A stretch of DNA of 63,492 nucleotides, counting the filler, from Sphacelaria rigidula (Eukaryota), in the NCBI GenBank assembly GCA_964200075.2. It is 8 parts of 8 records of this genome, joined end to end, with 100 filler letters (N's around TTAATTAATTAA, not from the genome) between each part and the next. Parts side by side here need not be neighbours in the genome. Positions count along the whole stretch, not along the records: positions 47,696 to 55,544 come from CAXNAA020013245.1; positions 55,645 to 63,492 come from CAXNAA020013246.1; 6 more parts are not named here. One strand, 5' to 3'. The translations under genes were made by a program, and so were the position numbers. The notes under the pieces were generated by a model. The model searched no databases and was not told the DNA's origin. It worked only from the letters and a program-made list of their open reading frames with translations. This document shows positions 49,186 through 63,300 of this stretch, in pieces (the first letter of the stretch is position 1; each line of letters begins with the position of its first letter).

Positions 49186-52100
49186 TGATAGCCTCATCAA
49201 TAGATTCATATAAGCTCTTCGCTCGTTGTTTGCTCATCGTCAAGAGAGTAAAACCAAGGGTCGCAGCGGGCCATGAAAACCACGGAGCGCACGGAGACGT
49301 GTGTGTAACCGTTACAACGGACACCACTCCCTCTCCTGTAGTTGGAATACCCGCAGGTCGCATCAACGAGCCCTCCGAGCCCATCAGTCGAATAGCTGGG
49401 CTCATCCTCGTACTACCGCCCCACCATTACGCCGCGATCCATAACACCCCCCCCTCAGGCCTAGGGTTGAAAAACCCTGAGACTGAACGTGGTTCAACGA
49501 TGAATTCGCCGCGTCACCATATTCCTCTTCCCCGAGTAATCGGCGTTGCTTCGTATAGCCGTCGATCTTGGTAACCGTTCTGCCGGGTTAGACCACGTAG
49601 GGAATTTAAACACCGTGCAGAAACAATTCCATCCCGTCCGGAGAAGTCCTTGGTGTTGTTGACCGCTCTGCCGGGTTAGACAACGTAGGGAATTGAAACA
49701 CCGTACAGAAACGATCCCATCCCGTCCGGAGAAGTTATTGATTCTGCTGACCGCTCTGGGCTGCCCGTAAACCGTTTACGGATCTTGGTACCTCGGGGAA
49801 TCTGCCGCGCAATCGATTCTTGATCCAGCGGGTGTTGTCGAGTTTGAGTATGTGTAGAGCAGCATACGTGGTTCCATTTCAGCTGTATCAAACTACAAAA
49901 TCATGGCCTATAAAACAGCACCGTTAGTCGTGTGAACAAATCTAACGTTAGTCCGTTTTCTTCATGTTGGCCGCGAACACCGTTCGCTCTTGTACTTTAT
50001 GCACCTGCATTTTGACCTCAAGATTGAGACCTGGTATCACCACCTGCTGCACCGTCCCTGGCCCAGTACACAAGTCGTGTAGTAATTTGGCCGGTACATC
50101 TTCGTTCAGAAATGAGCTGTCAAACTCTTTGACTAGCATCATATCTTATACCTCTTCCCTACGCCGGTGGCGTTGGGTTAACAGCTCATGAACGTCCTTC
50201 AATTTCGTCGCTGTTGCTCTACCGTGTTATTCAACGATAGGGATTCTGCTTCAGGTGACACAGAGTCAACTTGGGGTGCGAGGCTCGCGCTCAAAAGCAG
50301 CATTTATCGCGTTGGGTTATGCGTCAGTGACTGGTAGGAAGTAGTATGATGAATCCATACAGCAGGATCCACATACTCGTCCCACCATTCCAGCCCCTTG
50401 CTTACATAGCTCGGTTAAAACGCCATGCAACCACTCTTCGTATCTTTCCACCGCGCCCTGATCGCGAGGGTGATCTGCGGGACCATGATCCAGTTTCACC
50501 TTCATCCACATGGCATACATGGTTTACTACTTCCGAAGTGAACTCCCCCCAGCGTCCCTTCAAAGGAAATAGGGTGTCGTCAAGAAACGTTTCAGCAGAT
50601 CCTCAACTACGTGCTCAGTAACCTTGGCTGCTAGTGGGAGAGTAAAACGAACTTGGTCGCTCGATCCATAACAACCAAAAAGTACTTACTGTCATCAGTA
50701 GAAATCTGCTTCATGTCCGATATGTCCATTTACATCGTCTCCCAGAGCTGCAAGAAGTGGGCGGGTCGCATCGTTATGGTGTGACTATTAGTGCGTCTGC
50801 GTCGGCGATATCCACAAGACAGCACGCCTTTGCGAGTGTCAGCGAAAAGACCGGGTCACTCATAGCGTGCGTTGACCACTACAGTTGCTTTCATCACTTA
50901 GGCGTGCCCATGCGTAGTGTGCACCAACGCGAGCAGGCCAGGCACTATACCGCGTGAAATAGTTAACTTGCGCCCTAGGTAAGGTATCCCATAGAAGATC
51001 ATCATTATTTTCGAACGTACGCTTCCTGCCTCTTGCCTGTTCCTTCGTCCTTATTCTCCTACATTAACCTATCCCTGATGGGCCCAAGCCGGGAGTCCCG
51101 CTCTTGCAGCAAAACTAGTCGCGGCTTTTTCAGCAGAATCGCTCTCGCTTGCTCGAGAACGGTCTGAGAGCTACCTTGACCTGGTATCCGTGGCTCCTCA
51201 GTTGGAGCCTCCCCCCACCCGGGTCTTGGTCTGACTTTCGCTCTGCCTCTTGCACCGACGAACGAGTTGCAGCGGCTCCCCTAGCTTCTGGTAACTCTGC
51301 TTCGTCACGAGGTCACATCGTAGCGAGCGTGCTCAAATCTTCATCCTCACCCTGGATATGAGTCAGGCTAAACAAACCTTCCGCTTTCACTTGATAAAAC
51401 CACCTTCATCATCCACGGGTGAACGAAATTAGCCACAATTTATGGCATGGCGTCGTTATTTACCGGGGTCGTGTCTCGTAACAGTCGAGAATAGTCGCAA
51501 CTTTCACGACTGCTTCTTCCTATCCGCCTGCGTCCGTCCCATGGGGTCGAAATTTCTCGCGCCTTGGTTTCCCTTTCGTCAGCTGAGAACGAGATAATCT
51601 GGGTATCGGATTCTCGGAGGTGTGAATCGCCTTGCCCTGTCCTGTCGGCACCAGAAAAATAAATACCTGTCCGCCCTAATCGCTAACATCACCTTGGGAA
51701 GGCAACGGTGTACGCTTCCACTCGCTGCTTTTACGCTCGAAGTTGTTCTTCCCTCTGATGATCAACTTTCAAGACGACCACATAGGTCTATCTTTTCCGA
51801 TACGGTGCGCCCACCTGCGAGGCTGAGTCTGAGGCCTGCTCAGTGAGACACCCAGCTCCGCTTAACCCGGGGCAACAAGCTCGTTCCCACCAGGAGAGCG
51901 CATAATCACAGCAGTACTCTCCAAGATCACCGTTGTCACAGAGGTTGATGAAAGAAATGACTCGACCAACTCTTTGGCGACGCTGGCTAATGCTAACACC
52001 GGCTCGGCCCATTCGATTGGTGCAATCCGACTTGTATCCCCTACCAACTCTTGTGGTTGCACTTCTTCCACAAGGTTGTGGAAAGAACCGCGCCCTGGAC

Positions 52101-53643
52101 ACCAGCCTGACTCCCTTTCCAATATGATTTACTCCAACACAATCCAACGCCTTCCAGTCCGCATCAGCGTATCACTTCTGCGAACTCTTTGGCTGCCAAA
52201 ATACTTCCTCCACCTCCGACTGGAAACACCCATTCGCTAAATCAACACTCCTAGAGTACTTAGATTCTGCTAGCCCACTATACATGGTCTATATATCCCT
52301 CCAGCTGCCGCTGTAAGACTCCAGAAGTTGGTCCAGTCCACGATAATCTTGACATAGTCGTAACCTACGGCCCATCCTTTTTCGAAACCGTGACGCAGGC
52401 GGCTGCCCATGCTAGCGTCGATCGCACGTCGCCCGGGACTAGCTTGCTAGCGAAACCTTCTGAGCTCACGTCTTGCGTTGGATGCAGCGGCCACTGCAGC
52501 GTAGCAACGTCCTCCCACGCCACTCCGAGGCTAAACCACACCTCATTAGATGCTGCCAGTTCGCTCCGACCAGACAACCTTCCTGTCGAGTCGTCACCAA
52601 GCGCGCTTGGCTTGATAGCACGCAAGAGGTTCAAAGTTGCCGAATCTCCATGGCTGGTGAGGTGGTCGGTGTCAACAGCTCCGAGTTTTGGGGGACTGTT
52701 AAACACAAACCGTACTCACGGCGCCTCCGGCGAAGGTCGAAATCTCGTTCGCCCTCCGAAAGATAACGTGCTCTTGTTTCTCCTGAAGAAACTCGCTGCC
52801 GAAATAAATCCATATGGTAATCCATGGACCACCCGGACCCATACCTTTATTAACTTATCCTTTGTGTGGAAAATAATCGGAATTACCGCTGACCCTTGAA
52901 TCTTCATCGGAGGTGTCTCACTGTTACCAGGGTTAGCGGACCTCAAAATTCCTGCTCCCTGCCGTTGCAACATATTTTCTATATTACTCCACGTCACCAA
53001 CAACCTCCACCACTGTTTCAATGCATAGCTCCCCCCCCCTGCAACACATGAGAACGTCCCCCCTGCCCCGGTGCCCAGCAACACCGTTACTGGTGAGCGG
53101 TGGCTACTCTTGCTGTGGTGCCAAACTTCAGCTTGTACCCACCACTGCTGTGCATCGTTCCTACCTGCTTCGGCTAAAATGACGTTTGAAGGAAGGGTAG
53201 CCTCGGACGGGTGAAATATTTGTATGCGTGCACATCGAGTTAGGTGGAACCTAGTCCCTAGATCGATGCTACAGAGGCAGCGGCAGCAGCTGAGCATGGA
53301 ATATGCACACTGCTGGTTGCGCCTGGCTTGGGATGAACAACGTCAGCGGAGACCCAGTTACTGGAAGTATTCGCTAAAGAAAAACGGATAGCCTCATCAA
53401 TAGATTCACATAAGCTCTTAGCTCGTCTCGTGCTCATAAAGAGAGTAAAACCAAGGGTCGCAGCGGGTCATGAAAACCACGGAGCGCACGGAGGCGTGTC
53501 TGTAACCGTTACAACGGACACCACTCCCTCTCCTGTAGTTGGAATACCCGTAGGTCACATCAACTAGCCCTCCGAGCCCATCAGTCAAATAGCTGGGCTC
53601 ATCCTCGTACTACCGTCCCACCATTACACCGCGATCCATAACA
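49186..53643 (-). mobile_element. Degenerate, internally deleted Ty3/Gypsy element with both LTRs (53386-53643 and 49186-49446)
   Basis: ~260-bp direct repeats starting TGTTATGG on the minus strand, with PPT GAGGGGGGG next to 49446. Protease-like VLLGTGAGGTF, RT remnant LRLCQDYRGL...DLANGCFQ and integrase remnant KYFLVVMDRATKF. No matching TSD. Confidence 0.8.
49575..49758. repeat. ~89-bp tandem duplication in the Gypsy 3' region
   Basis: CTGCCGGGTTAGAC...CATCCCGTCCGGAGAAGT occurs twice. Confidence 0.75.
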
Positions 53644-54745
53644 TTTCTACCCCATTCGCGTTCTTCTTATCTTCCCCATATTAACCAATGATATCATCCG
53701 GTTGGCCTGCTCTTCCTACCCTAGCATTAAAATCTCCCACTGAAGTTACTTATCCTTGAATTTTATCCTCATTATGTACATCTCCTGCTATCTCTCCAAA
53801 CCTCCGTTGTATATCGTTCACATTACTCTTCGATTCTGAGGACATATAGATGTTCCCTACGAGGAATATCTGATTTCCTGCTCTCTCGGTACCCTTATCT
53901 ATATGCTCTCGTCGAACTTGGTGTCTTCGATCATCAATATGATGCCACACAGGTATATCTCTACCAAGAACCCTACTCCCCCCGCTCCCCTGTTCTTGGG
54001 GCTCTATCCCTTTCGCCTTTTCGCTATCCATGCTTACTCTCCGACTTTGCATCTTATTTTCGCCTCCTCCTTCTCCAATGACTCTTGAATTCCCACGACA
54101 TCTAGGTCGCGGTTACTTAATCGTTTGGCTATCTCTACTTATTTGCGCTCGTCTGTGACGAATCCACACACGTTCCATGATCCTATTCTCAGCTTCCTTT
54201 TCGAGTCGTGATCTATCCTCCTTTTGTCTATTGTTCTCTCCCTCTCCGTTATTTTTACTTCTATTCTCCCTTGTTGAATTTTCTTCCCCTTTCCGGTTTG
54301 GCCTTGGTATGTTTTGCTTTCGGCCGCTACTTCCCCTCCCTTTTCCCTTCCGGGCATTCACTTGTTCTTCCTTCTCCTTTCTCCCCTTTACCCGTGGACT
54401 ACATCTCAGGTTTGCTGTTCCATCGGCTATGCATACTTCACTCCTGTCCTTCAAACCCATGCCGACACCTCATTACTTGCTTCTATCCTCTCCCACTCCT
54501 TGCTCGCGCTCTGTTTTAGCGTTTCTCGGAAGTGTTCTCCCCACCTTTCTACTTCTTCTCCTGCCAAGCACTGTAGCCCTAATTCGTTGCATTTTCTTTT
54601 AAACTCTACTTTCATCTTTTCGCTACGAACTGCCAATACCAGCACTACTAGTACTTTAGCCGTCCACTCTTTTCCTCTCCAACCATCCTTCCCTACCGTC
54701 TCTCTCTCTCGATCTATTTCGAGATTATCTCCAGCTTTTTCGTTT
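53644..54745 (-). mobile_element. LINE 5' part with AP endonuclease (degenerate)
   Basis: KLRIGSWNVCGF, DLDVVGIQES and GDFNARVGR on the minus strand, with a basic N-terminal region. Confidence 0.8.
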
Positions 54746-55644
54746 TAAGTATTGTGGCGGGATGTAGTCAAGGTGCTAAGATATCTCAATCATAGTGCCT
54801 GCTGGGGGCCTGGCTGGTGTTTTTTAGTTCTTTTGCTGGCTTGCCGACACTAAATAATTCCTTCAACACGGGCTCGTCGTCTGGAGCCAAGTTCAACGCC
54901 CTTGAAACAAGTACGCCACGTTTGTACCAGGCGATCTGCAAGGTATACCATCCAGGCGTCCCGCGATCGTATCTTACATCTTCTTGCCCCGCTGCTGTAC
55001 TCCTCCAATGAGGTCATTTTCACCGTGTAAGGTTCAAGTGCGGCTTGCATAAGGCAAGGTCTTACTCACACATCGGGATATCCCATACATCATCACTCCT
55101 CTCGCTCCGTGTACGGTTCATTAAGGGTCGCTGCTCCACTAATGCTTCCCAGTCGACCTTCGCTGCCGAAACCTTGGCCAATGATTCCCCCACACTATGT
55201 ACCAGCTTCTATCCTTCAAGATTTCAAGAAGCGTACGTACCGCTTGGTGCTCCTTCTCGTTGGTCATATGGTCGGTCATTAGTAAGGTGCTTCATGAGCG
55301 CAGTAGGTTTTGACGTCAATGTCATGCATCATCCACCCCTTCCCTTCATTTGACGCCTGTACACCTAACGTCGGGAATCTTAGGAGAATATCTGATCAGA
55401 TTTCCATTCGTCCAATGGAACCGGTGAAGCTGTCCGGGTATCTGACCACGAGATCCAATCTCCATGTGAATTATAGCCTCTGCCAGACGATCTGGACAAG
55501 AGGGCTATTCAGTGAGGGACTTCTCCAGAATCCACTGGCCTCACNNNNNNNNNNNNNNNNNNNNNNNNNNNNNNNNNNNNNNNNNNNNTTAATTAATTAA
55601 NNNNNNNNNNNNNNNNNNNNNNNNNNNNNNNNNNNNNNNNNNNN

Positions 55645-56800
55645 TGTCATGCTGTCTTACAACAATTCGGTTAACGCGGCTACCGGTCTTTCGCCCAACG
55701 AGCTGCATCTTGGACGCTACCCTCGTCTGCCCATCACCGTTTTCGAACGACATACCTTCGATGGTCACTAAGGTCTGGAACAGGATCAGATGTCCTACCA
55801 CGACCTCGCCAGGGCTCGTCAGCGCAAGGCTTTCACTTTGGTGCGCGAACAACACGCTATCAACGCCTCACGCCTTGAAAGATCCAACACCGCCCTCTAC
55901 AACTTGATGCACAAACGCCCTACTTGGAAGATCGGCGATTGTTTCTGGATCTACAACAGTTTGTCCACCATCCGTCAAGGCGCTGACCGCACAACCCAGG
56001 CAACAGTCTTGAAGACGAAGCTGTTCCTCGATTTGACGGGTCCGTTCAAAATTCTCATGGTCGGACCCTCGCCGACGTCTCCTGACGGCAAGCCTATTGG
56101 CGACAAACTCCTCTACCTCGATTTACCTCGTGAACTCCAGGGACACGACGCTAAATCTCGCGTCTCTGTGCATCGTTGCAAGCCTTGCACGAACCCGCAT
56201 GACACTACTGACATGCCTCAATATCTGCCTGCAGGTCTCACTCAATACGTGCTCAACAGCTACTCAACAAAATCTCCACCGTACCACGTTACCACCGATG
56301 ACGTGACAGAACAACCTCTCCGCTTGGCCGTGTCCCACCTTTCCGGCCACCAAATCACTCGAGGTCCTGGCGGCACAATTGCTGTTGTGTACAAGACACA
56401 CTGGCAAGGCCTTCAAGTGCACCGTCGTGCTATCCTTCTCTATTGGACACAATCCCCACAGCAGCAGCTCGCTGACGACAAGGGATATCGCAACATGAGA
56501 CGCGGTGCTGCGGCCCGCGAACTCCACCGCGACAAAGGACTACGTTTTGTAGCCGATGGTTACGAACTCGTACCCACCAAACAATGGGACGAAAAGATTC
56601 TCGCGAAGCAACAACTGCTCCCTAAAGGTGCCTATTTGTGGTATAAAGGCAGCGATTAGCTCTGGTGGCTAGGCCAGATCCCCTCCGTCGATGCCCTCGC
56701 GGCTGACGCGTACATTGTGCATTTCCTCGACGACCCTGGGCCCGTTCACAACTAGCTCCTCCGCACCCCGCGGTTCCTGGTGCCTACAACGCTTCAAGTC
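55645..56800 (+). mobile_element. Gypsy integrase C-terminus, chromodomain and PWWP/Tudor-like module; same clade as 16627-23339
   Basis: SYNNSVNAATGLSPNE, LTGPFKI, DKLLYLDLP, YKTHWQGL and GAYLWYKGSD*LWWLGQI...YIVHFLDDPGP. Confidence 0.88.
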
Positions 56801-59800
56801 ACACGGCCTACGCCGAGGTCTTCAGCGCAATATCGATCGTACACACGACATCAACACACCATCTTGAGTTCTATCTCTTCACATTCCCATTATGGCGATC
56901 TTTCTTTCTCCTCCCAGTTTGGTTCTGGTACTGTCCTTGACACCACTCAGGTACACTCTCCTCTTTGCTGCTTCACCTACGATGGCTCTCCTATCGCGGC
57001 TCATCTCTGCCCTCATCGCCCCTTCGACGACTCCCTCTGGACCCCCTCCGCCCCCTTCCATTGGCCTCTACGCTGCCACCACTTTGTCTAGCTGGCACTT
57101 GATCCTATTCGGATCCTCGAGTTTTTGTTTTCCTGCTTGAGGTTTCCACTGCGTCCTTTGCGAGATTTTCCTTTGCGTTTTATCTAGCTAGCGCGTCAAA
57201 GCATTGTGTGCTTTTTCCGTCTGTTCGCTGGCTCGCAGCAGCATTGTGTGCTACTGCGCAGCTAACCGCAATTGCGTAATTGCGCTTTTTGTGGCACCTT
57301 TGATTTTTCTTGTTTGAGGTGTGGGAGGATCGGGCACGGGCTGGTCATTGCCCTCTTTTTTTTTTTTTCGCGTTGTCTCCTCATGACTTGATGGGTGAGA
57401 CGAGCCTCAGTTTTAGTTGCTTTTCATCGCAACTCAAATAGAGGTTTGTCTGGGTGGGTGAGTGTCATGAGGAAGGAATATAGAAAGGCGTTATTTGTTC
57501 CTACAGACAATTTTGGGGCAGGTTGGCTCACAGATCATCTGACCCGTTCATGGGAATACTCCCATGGCTCTGGAGAAGGTTGGTGTACAGACTGGTGTAC
57601 CCTAGCCGCGAGAAGGTAAAACGCCTTCTCGGGCCGAGGTCAGATAGGCCGCGTTGCATGGATCTCATGCATCCTTGCTCATTCTCTGAGCTGGCTGGAT
57701 CATCTGCTCCTACTGCTTACCTTTGGTGAGAACAGTACGCTAGGCGAGCAAGAGAATAACAAGTGAGAATTACAATATATCAAGCCTTCGAGCTCCTTTT
57801 GTCTGTTTGCTACTGTCGGCCATCGGTCACGTGAATCTATGCGTGTGTGAAACGTATATCTCTCGGACACACCGTTGCATCTTGTGCTTAGCTTGCAGCA
57901 CATCGATCTTTCAAGGAAGGTGTGTGGAACTTGTCCATACCTATCCTTATTAAAAAACGGAAGATCCTTGATCAATGGTCTTGGTCCACCTGCTTCATTT
58001 CATATGCTGTCTCACCGCATCAAAACACCACCGCCCGCGCCCAATATTATCATGATCACCCCGAAGAGTAGAAGCCCGATATTAGCATGATCACTGCACG
58101 CGCCCAATAGTTCAAGGCTTGGCGTCGGTTGGCAACGACGCTGTAAAACACGCAATTCACTGCGTAACCCAGCCAACCAGACTACCGCTTTTTTTCTCGC
58201 TTGCGTTTTTTGCGGCAAGCATGATGGTGATCGACTTAGATCATATTACGCGGAGTGAAGAACTTAAACTCCGCGCGAAGGGGATGACCGCAATACGCAG
58301 TGTTTACATGGTGAGACACCCTTGAGTCAGTGTAGCCCGTGGCTATCTCTGGAGGTGGCGATACCAGAAAAAAAAGCAACTCATTCGAGGCTACTATCCA
58401 TACATAAGATGATTCCCAGAAGCGTTCATTGAGGAATCACCTTTCAATACATGCATCATTTTTGTGCAAAAGGAGTGCAGGAAATGTTGAATACTGAGCT
58501 TATGTAGCGTGTCATGCACGAGGAGAGTTGAGCCTTCCCACTTTCGTAGCAAGTAGGAGAGGCACGTGCACTCTACCTATGCGAGCCATGGTGCTTGCCT
58601 TTGCGCCTGTCTTGGGATCTCACGCCAACAGTCGTGTTGGTCAAGAAGTTACTTCGCGTGGCGGGTACGTCTGCTCACACCTTCGATACTATTTTGTGCG
58701 TGGCCAAATGTGGGTTCGATACTTGTTCCAAGTCTCGGGCAGAGGAAGGCTCTAGGAAGGTCTTGCTGCGACAGAAGGAACGTGTCCACCACCCTTTAGC
58801 AGCGCCGAGACACAGTATTCTCATCGCACAAGATCTGTACGCAGCTTATGTACCAATAATCGTGTGCTACGAAGGCATCGTGATGGTGTTAACCGAGTGC
58901 ATTCGAGTTGTGCATCGAAACCTGCGAGTTCCTAACCCCAGAAGGACTCGCTCAATTCCGCCGCACGCTCACCCTGTACAGACTGCAAACACCCCTCTCG
59001 GATGGCCATGGTACTTTCGTCACGCGGGGTCGTGGATATAGTCCTCAAACGTAGGTGGTAAGCACAACGATACAATGCTCGCGACAGCTCTGGCGCTGGT
59101 GGCCAGCATGTGTTGGGATCAGGGTGCTGAGTACAGCACTGCCTATGTTAATCGTGAAGAGAATACAAGACATTTTTGCTGTGTTATATTCAATGCTCAT
59201 CCGGACAGTATTGTGTGGATTGTCCATCAGACAAGAGCAGACTCGCGGTATCGGTAGGTTGCATTTCTCTCGTTCCATATCTTCATTTGCACAGTACCGA
59301 GCTGACATCGGTGAGTCACCACACGATAGGGACAAAGCGTACTCACTTGTCGCTTGACTTCGTCATATGACAATCGACCACACATCCCTTTCGACGTGAT
59401 AGGGGAGAGGGAACCGGAGGTGTTTGGTTGCACACTTCAAGGGGGGTAACGAAAACCTTGTACACCCTTGCACACGCAGGTCTGGAATATTCGTGGATGA
59501 AGAAGTTTAACGCGGTGTGGAGATACTATAAAATATGAAGGAGAGATGATTCGAGTCACTTGTTGCATGCGGGAATTACTCTTGGGGGTTCATGCATGCT
59601 GGAACAATCATTTCGTGCTCTCAATGATCACACGAGTGGAAATGAGATATTTCTCTCGTAGCTAATTTAACGTGCAAATATGGTGCTAAGAGCTTGGGTC
59701 AGAAGGGAGTGGCTGAAAGATAGTGAGAAAGATGGAGTTACGTACAGCTGTCGCAGCGCAAGTTCATCTTCACAGACACATGACTGTCAAACCCCACACT

Positions 59801-60162
59801 TCAGTTTGTTCAATGTGTTTACGGAGATCCCGTTGACTGTATTAGTTCACAGGAACACCGCCCCTGATCTGATATATCAGTGACTCAGGCTCTCTAAGCA
59901 TTGAGGGGGAATGCCAGCATTGCGACGTAAAAAGCTTCCCCTAAATTCCAACGCGTGTGCTCATGTATGCAAGCTCTTGAGCAGACGCCGCTCAGGGCAG
60001 AGATTATGTCCTGCCAGGACACGCCCTACAGGCCCATGCCCCTGAAGGTAGCGCGGGTGGTCTAGCCCAACGCATGCACGACTGCATTACGTAAACCAAG
60101 ATCTGAAAAGCCTAGAGCTAATAGATCAATGGGCACGGAAATACCACATATGCCTACTTGTA

Positions 60163-62330
60163 ACCCCCCAGATTCATCGGGGCATGTCGATGCGTCTTAA
60201 CTAACATGACTGGACATGGTTTTGTCAGAATATTCGCATGCTGCCATCATGAATCTACGTGTACGATCTTGATATCTTCCTACCTCACCAAGTCCCGAAT
60301 AGATGGCCATCTGACGTCTATGCGCGTACTACTTCCAGGACGAAGACGATTTTCAGCCAAGGCCTTGGTCCCCTGGTTGTCCTCATAAATTACTATGTCG
60401 TCGTCGATCACAAGCCCCGACACAGCCCTTGGTCGCAAGAGCGACAAAACGGACTTTTCAAAAATGCCTTCCATGGCTCCCTTGGCCATTGCGATACCCT
60501 CGGCCTCTGTAGGTCGTGAAAAGCAAAAGCAATATCAAGCGCAACTAGTACCAGACACAACGGCATCCCCATGCATCACAGCTACTCCTCAAACCAAACG
60601 TCTGTTTTTTTCTTTGCGCTGCCTGCAGCACAGTGCACATAAAACACAACCTCTCCTTGCGTGAACGTTTGTCCATACTCACTGGTCCTGTTTAGTTCAT
60701 GTACGACAACCCTCTCATCACCCTATACCAGTGCCTTTGGCATGGGTCATGCGGTTGGCGAGCCAGAGCTCAAACTGTGTTTGCCATGTCTAGCCTAGTT
60801 ACGCTCACCAATCACAATATCCTCCTCATAACATTACGGTACGGACGATCTGCAGTTGTGTCGTGGTCTTTTCTTGGCGCCTAGTTTGCAGAATCCGAGG
60901 CAGGAATATCCGAGGAACACGTCACCTCGCAACGCTTCAACAGTGTGTCCATAAACGTGGTTTGGATCGTAGACAACGTGCACTTGTTACAATCATTGAA
61001 TAGCACAGCCCATGTATTATTTGACCTCATCGTCACTGTTCGTGTGGAAATTTTGGTTCAGTATCCGGTGAACCATATCGACTTTTCCGTTCTGCCCACC
61101 AACCAATGTAGCATGCACATGCACCACCAAAATAATTTGCACACTCCGGTCGTGTTCCCTCCTAAAGACGCAGGGATCGTCTTTGCACTGGTTATCCTAA
61201 CATCCTCGGACAGTGTCTTACAGAGAAGGGATGATCAGTGTCTCCCAGCCTGCTTCATTTCACGGTTCTATTCTTCACGTTTGACAGCTTTCCCAGGGGT
61301 ATCGCAACCCTCCGGAAACTTCATGTATACACCTGTCTCCACTTCGGCTCTCACGAAGGCCTGTGTCATATCAAAGAGATACAAAGACCATCCCTTTTGT
61401 ACCGCCACAGTCATGATCAATTTTGTCGAGGCCATCAACGTCGTTGCTACAAATATCTCGCAAATTTGTACTGCAAAACGCTTCCCAAAACTATGCGATA
61501 CGAGTCGAGCCTTCGCCTCGATGATTGGACCCTTGGCGTCGATCTTCCAGCTAAGTACCCGTTTCGCTATGACTACGCTTACTCCGTCCGGCATCGTACC
61601 AGTCGACAACGTTCCTGCATTTTTGTGACCATTTATCGCGTCACGCAAAGCACCGGCCCACCCTTCGCTGTACTGACTTTGCTACGCCATCAGGGGACAT
61701 GGAAGGGTTCCTCCACGTCACTGACATGCATTCCGATCGGAGGGCGCCACCCAAACTCAGGGTGCTCTCTAGTTTCTACCTCGTATGTTGCTATCGCTGA
61801 GGCTGTCTCTGCCAGGCTGTCGCTGTCGTCGCTGGTCGAAGCTAAAAATCGTCTCCCGCTGGCTCCTGCTCGATCGCCAGGTTGGTGTCTCGCCCCATCT
61901 CCGGACCCACTGCCGATGAGATCATTTCCGTCGACCTTGTCTTCAGCCAGCCGATTAATCACATACTTGACATACTCGATCATCACTTGGAGCTCGACTT
62001 CTTCATCTGTTGGCATCGACCACATGGCATCGCGCGTTTGGCTTCGGGTGCTCCCTGCTATTGGTGGCGATAGTTCCTCTCCACGGTTCTCGAGAGTTGA
62101 GGAGCGTCGCTGCCCCCAACCGCCAACAATCCAATGCAGCTGAAGTCCGCGCTTGACCCTAGAAAATCCCGTGTGGGTTTCGTCGTCCTTTCGTGTGGGG
62201 TTTCGTAACAGCTCCCTCTCGGTCGTCCGCCGTCGCCCCATTGTTTGCGGCTGTTATACATTAAGGACATATTGAGGTTGTTCCGGCCTTCAAGCTGGGG
62301 TACATGCTGCAGCGCGTTGATCGCCATTAC
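60163..62330 (-). mobile_element. Degenerate Ty1/Copia pol 3' part (RT, RNase H, PPT)
   Basis: AKARLVSHSF, LFDMTQAFVRAEVETGVYM and IYEDNQGTKALAEN...TRIDVRW motifs; G-tract at about 60164-60169 on the minus strand. Confidence 0.85.
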
Positions 62331-62844
62331 ACATAGTACGTTTTCCGGAACTCATCGAATGTTAGAACCAGCCCCGGGAAACTTGGATGCAGGGTAAAAG
62401 GGAGTCAACACTGTTGTGCGAGGCACATGTGTCGTCGATCACTCAAGTCGTGCCGAGGGTAGCCAGGCGTTCGGCGCTTTTGGGAATGAATGAGCAAGTC
62501 GTTTGGCAGCTCATAGAGGAGCCCCCCACCCACAATATGAATATATATATATATATGCAAGGGGTTCGGCTGCTTCCGCCGCCACGCTTAATGAGGTCGA
62601 CATCCAAGGTACATGAGGACCGGTCATTGTTGCTCGCATTAGGTGACGGAACAGATCAAAGCTTCAAGCGCAGTATATTGCGCTGTGTGCGTATGGAGAC
62701 CCGTGTCCCGGGGGCAGGATATGAAGAAGATGCTTAAAGATGTTTTGACGATTGTACCGATACGGTAGCACGGGCAAAAGACTACCTCCACCGTCGAAGA
62801 ACAAATACGAAGACACTCATTTACGTTTTCCACCCACAGCAACG

Positions 62845-63300
62845 AATAGGAACCCGATACCCGGGGACACAAAAACTTGCGACGGACACACACAAGTGTT
62901 CGCAACCATGAGCCCAGTACTATTGCACCGCAGAAACGCCCATCGTACGGAACAGGGTCCAGAAACAGCGACTGAAAAGGCATAAAATATTCATTCCCCC
63001 TCCTTCGTGGGCAACAACGAAGCAGGGAATGCCCGCAATGTAGTGGATATATAAGAGAAACGGAAGAAGTAAGGCAACAATCGACCAACAGTATCGACCG
63101 ATATCCCCCAAAACACGGTAAACGACGACCACGGATCCAATATGGTAGACTATCCCGTCGTGCGAAAGCCATCCAAAAACAGCAAAGAACACTCGACCAA
63201 CAGTAGCGACCGATATCCCCCGAAACACGGACAACCCCGGATTCACATCACAGACATGATCCATTGTACGAAACAGGCTCCAGAAATAGCAGGACAGTTG
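62845..63300. repeat. Cluster of short imperfect direct repeats
   Basis: CGACCAACAGTA..GACCGATATCCCCC.AAACACGG occurs twice; CAT.GTACG.AACAGG.TCCAGAAA occurs twice. Confidence 0.55.

Noticed and set aside
7851-55644. Strict 7949-bp periodicity of TTAATTAATTAA palindromes
   Set aside because: These are artificial spacers between length-sorted contigs. No linkage across spacers (for example ODC-like gene next to the EsV-1-7 gene) can be inferred.
60945-62143. 227-aa and 301-aa plus-strand ORFs
   Set aside because: They are antisense to the Copia pol remnant.
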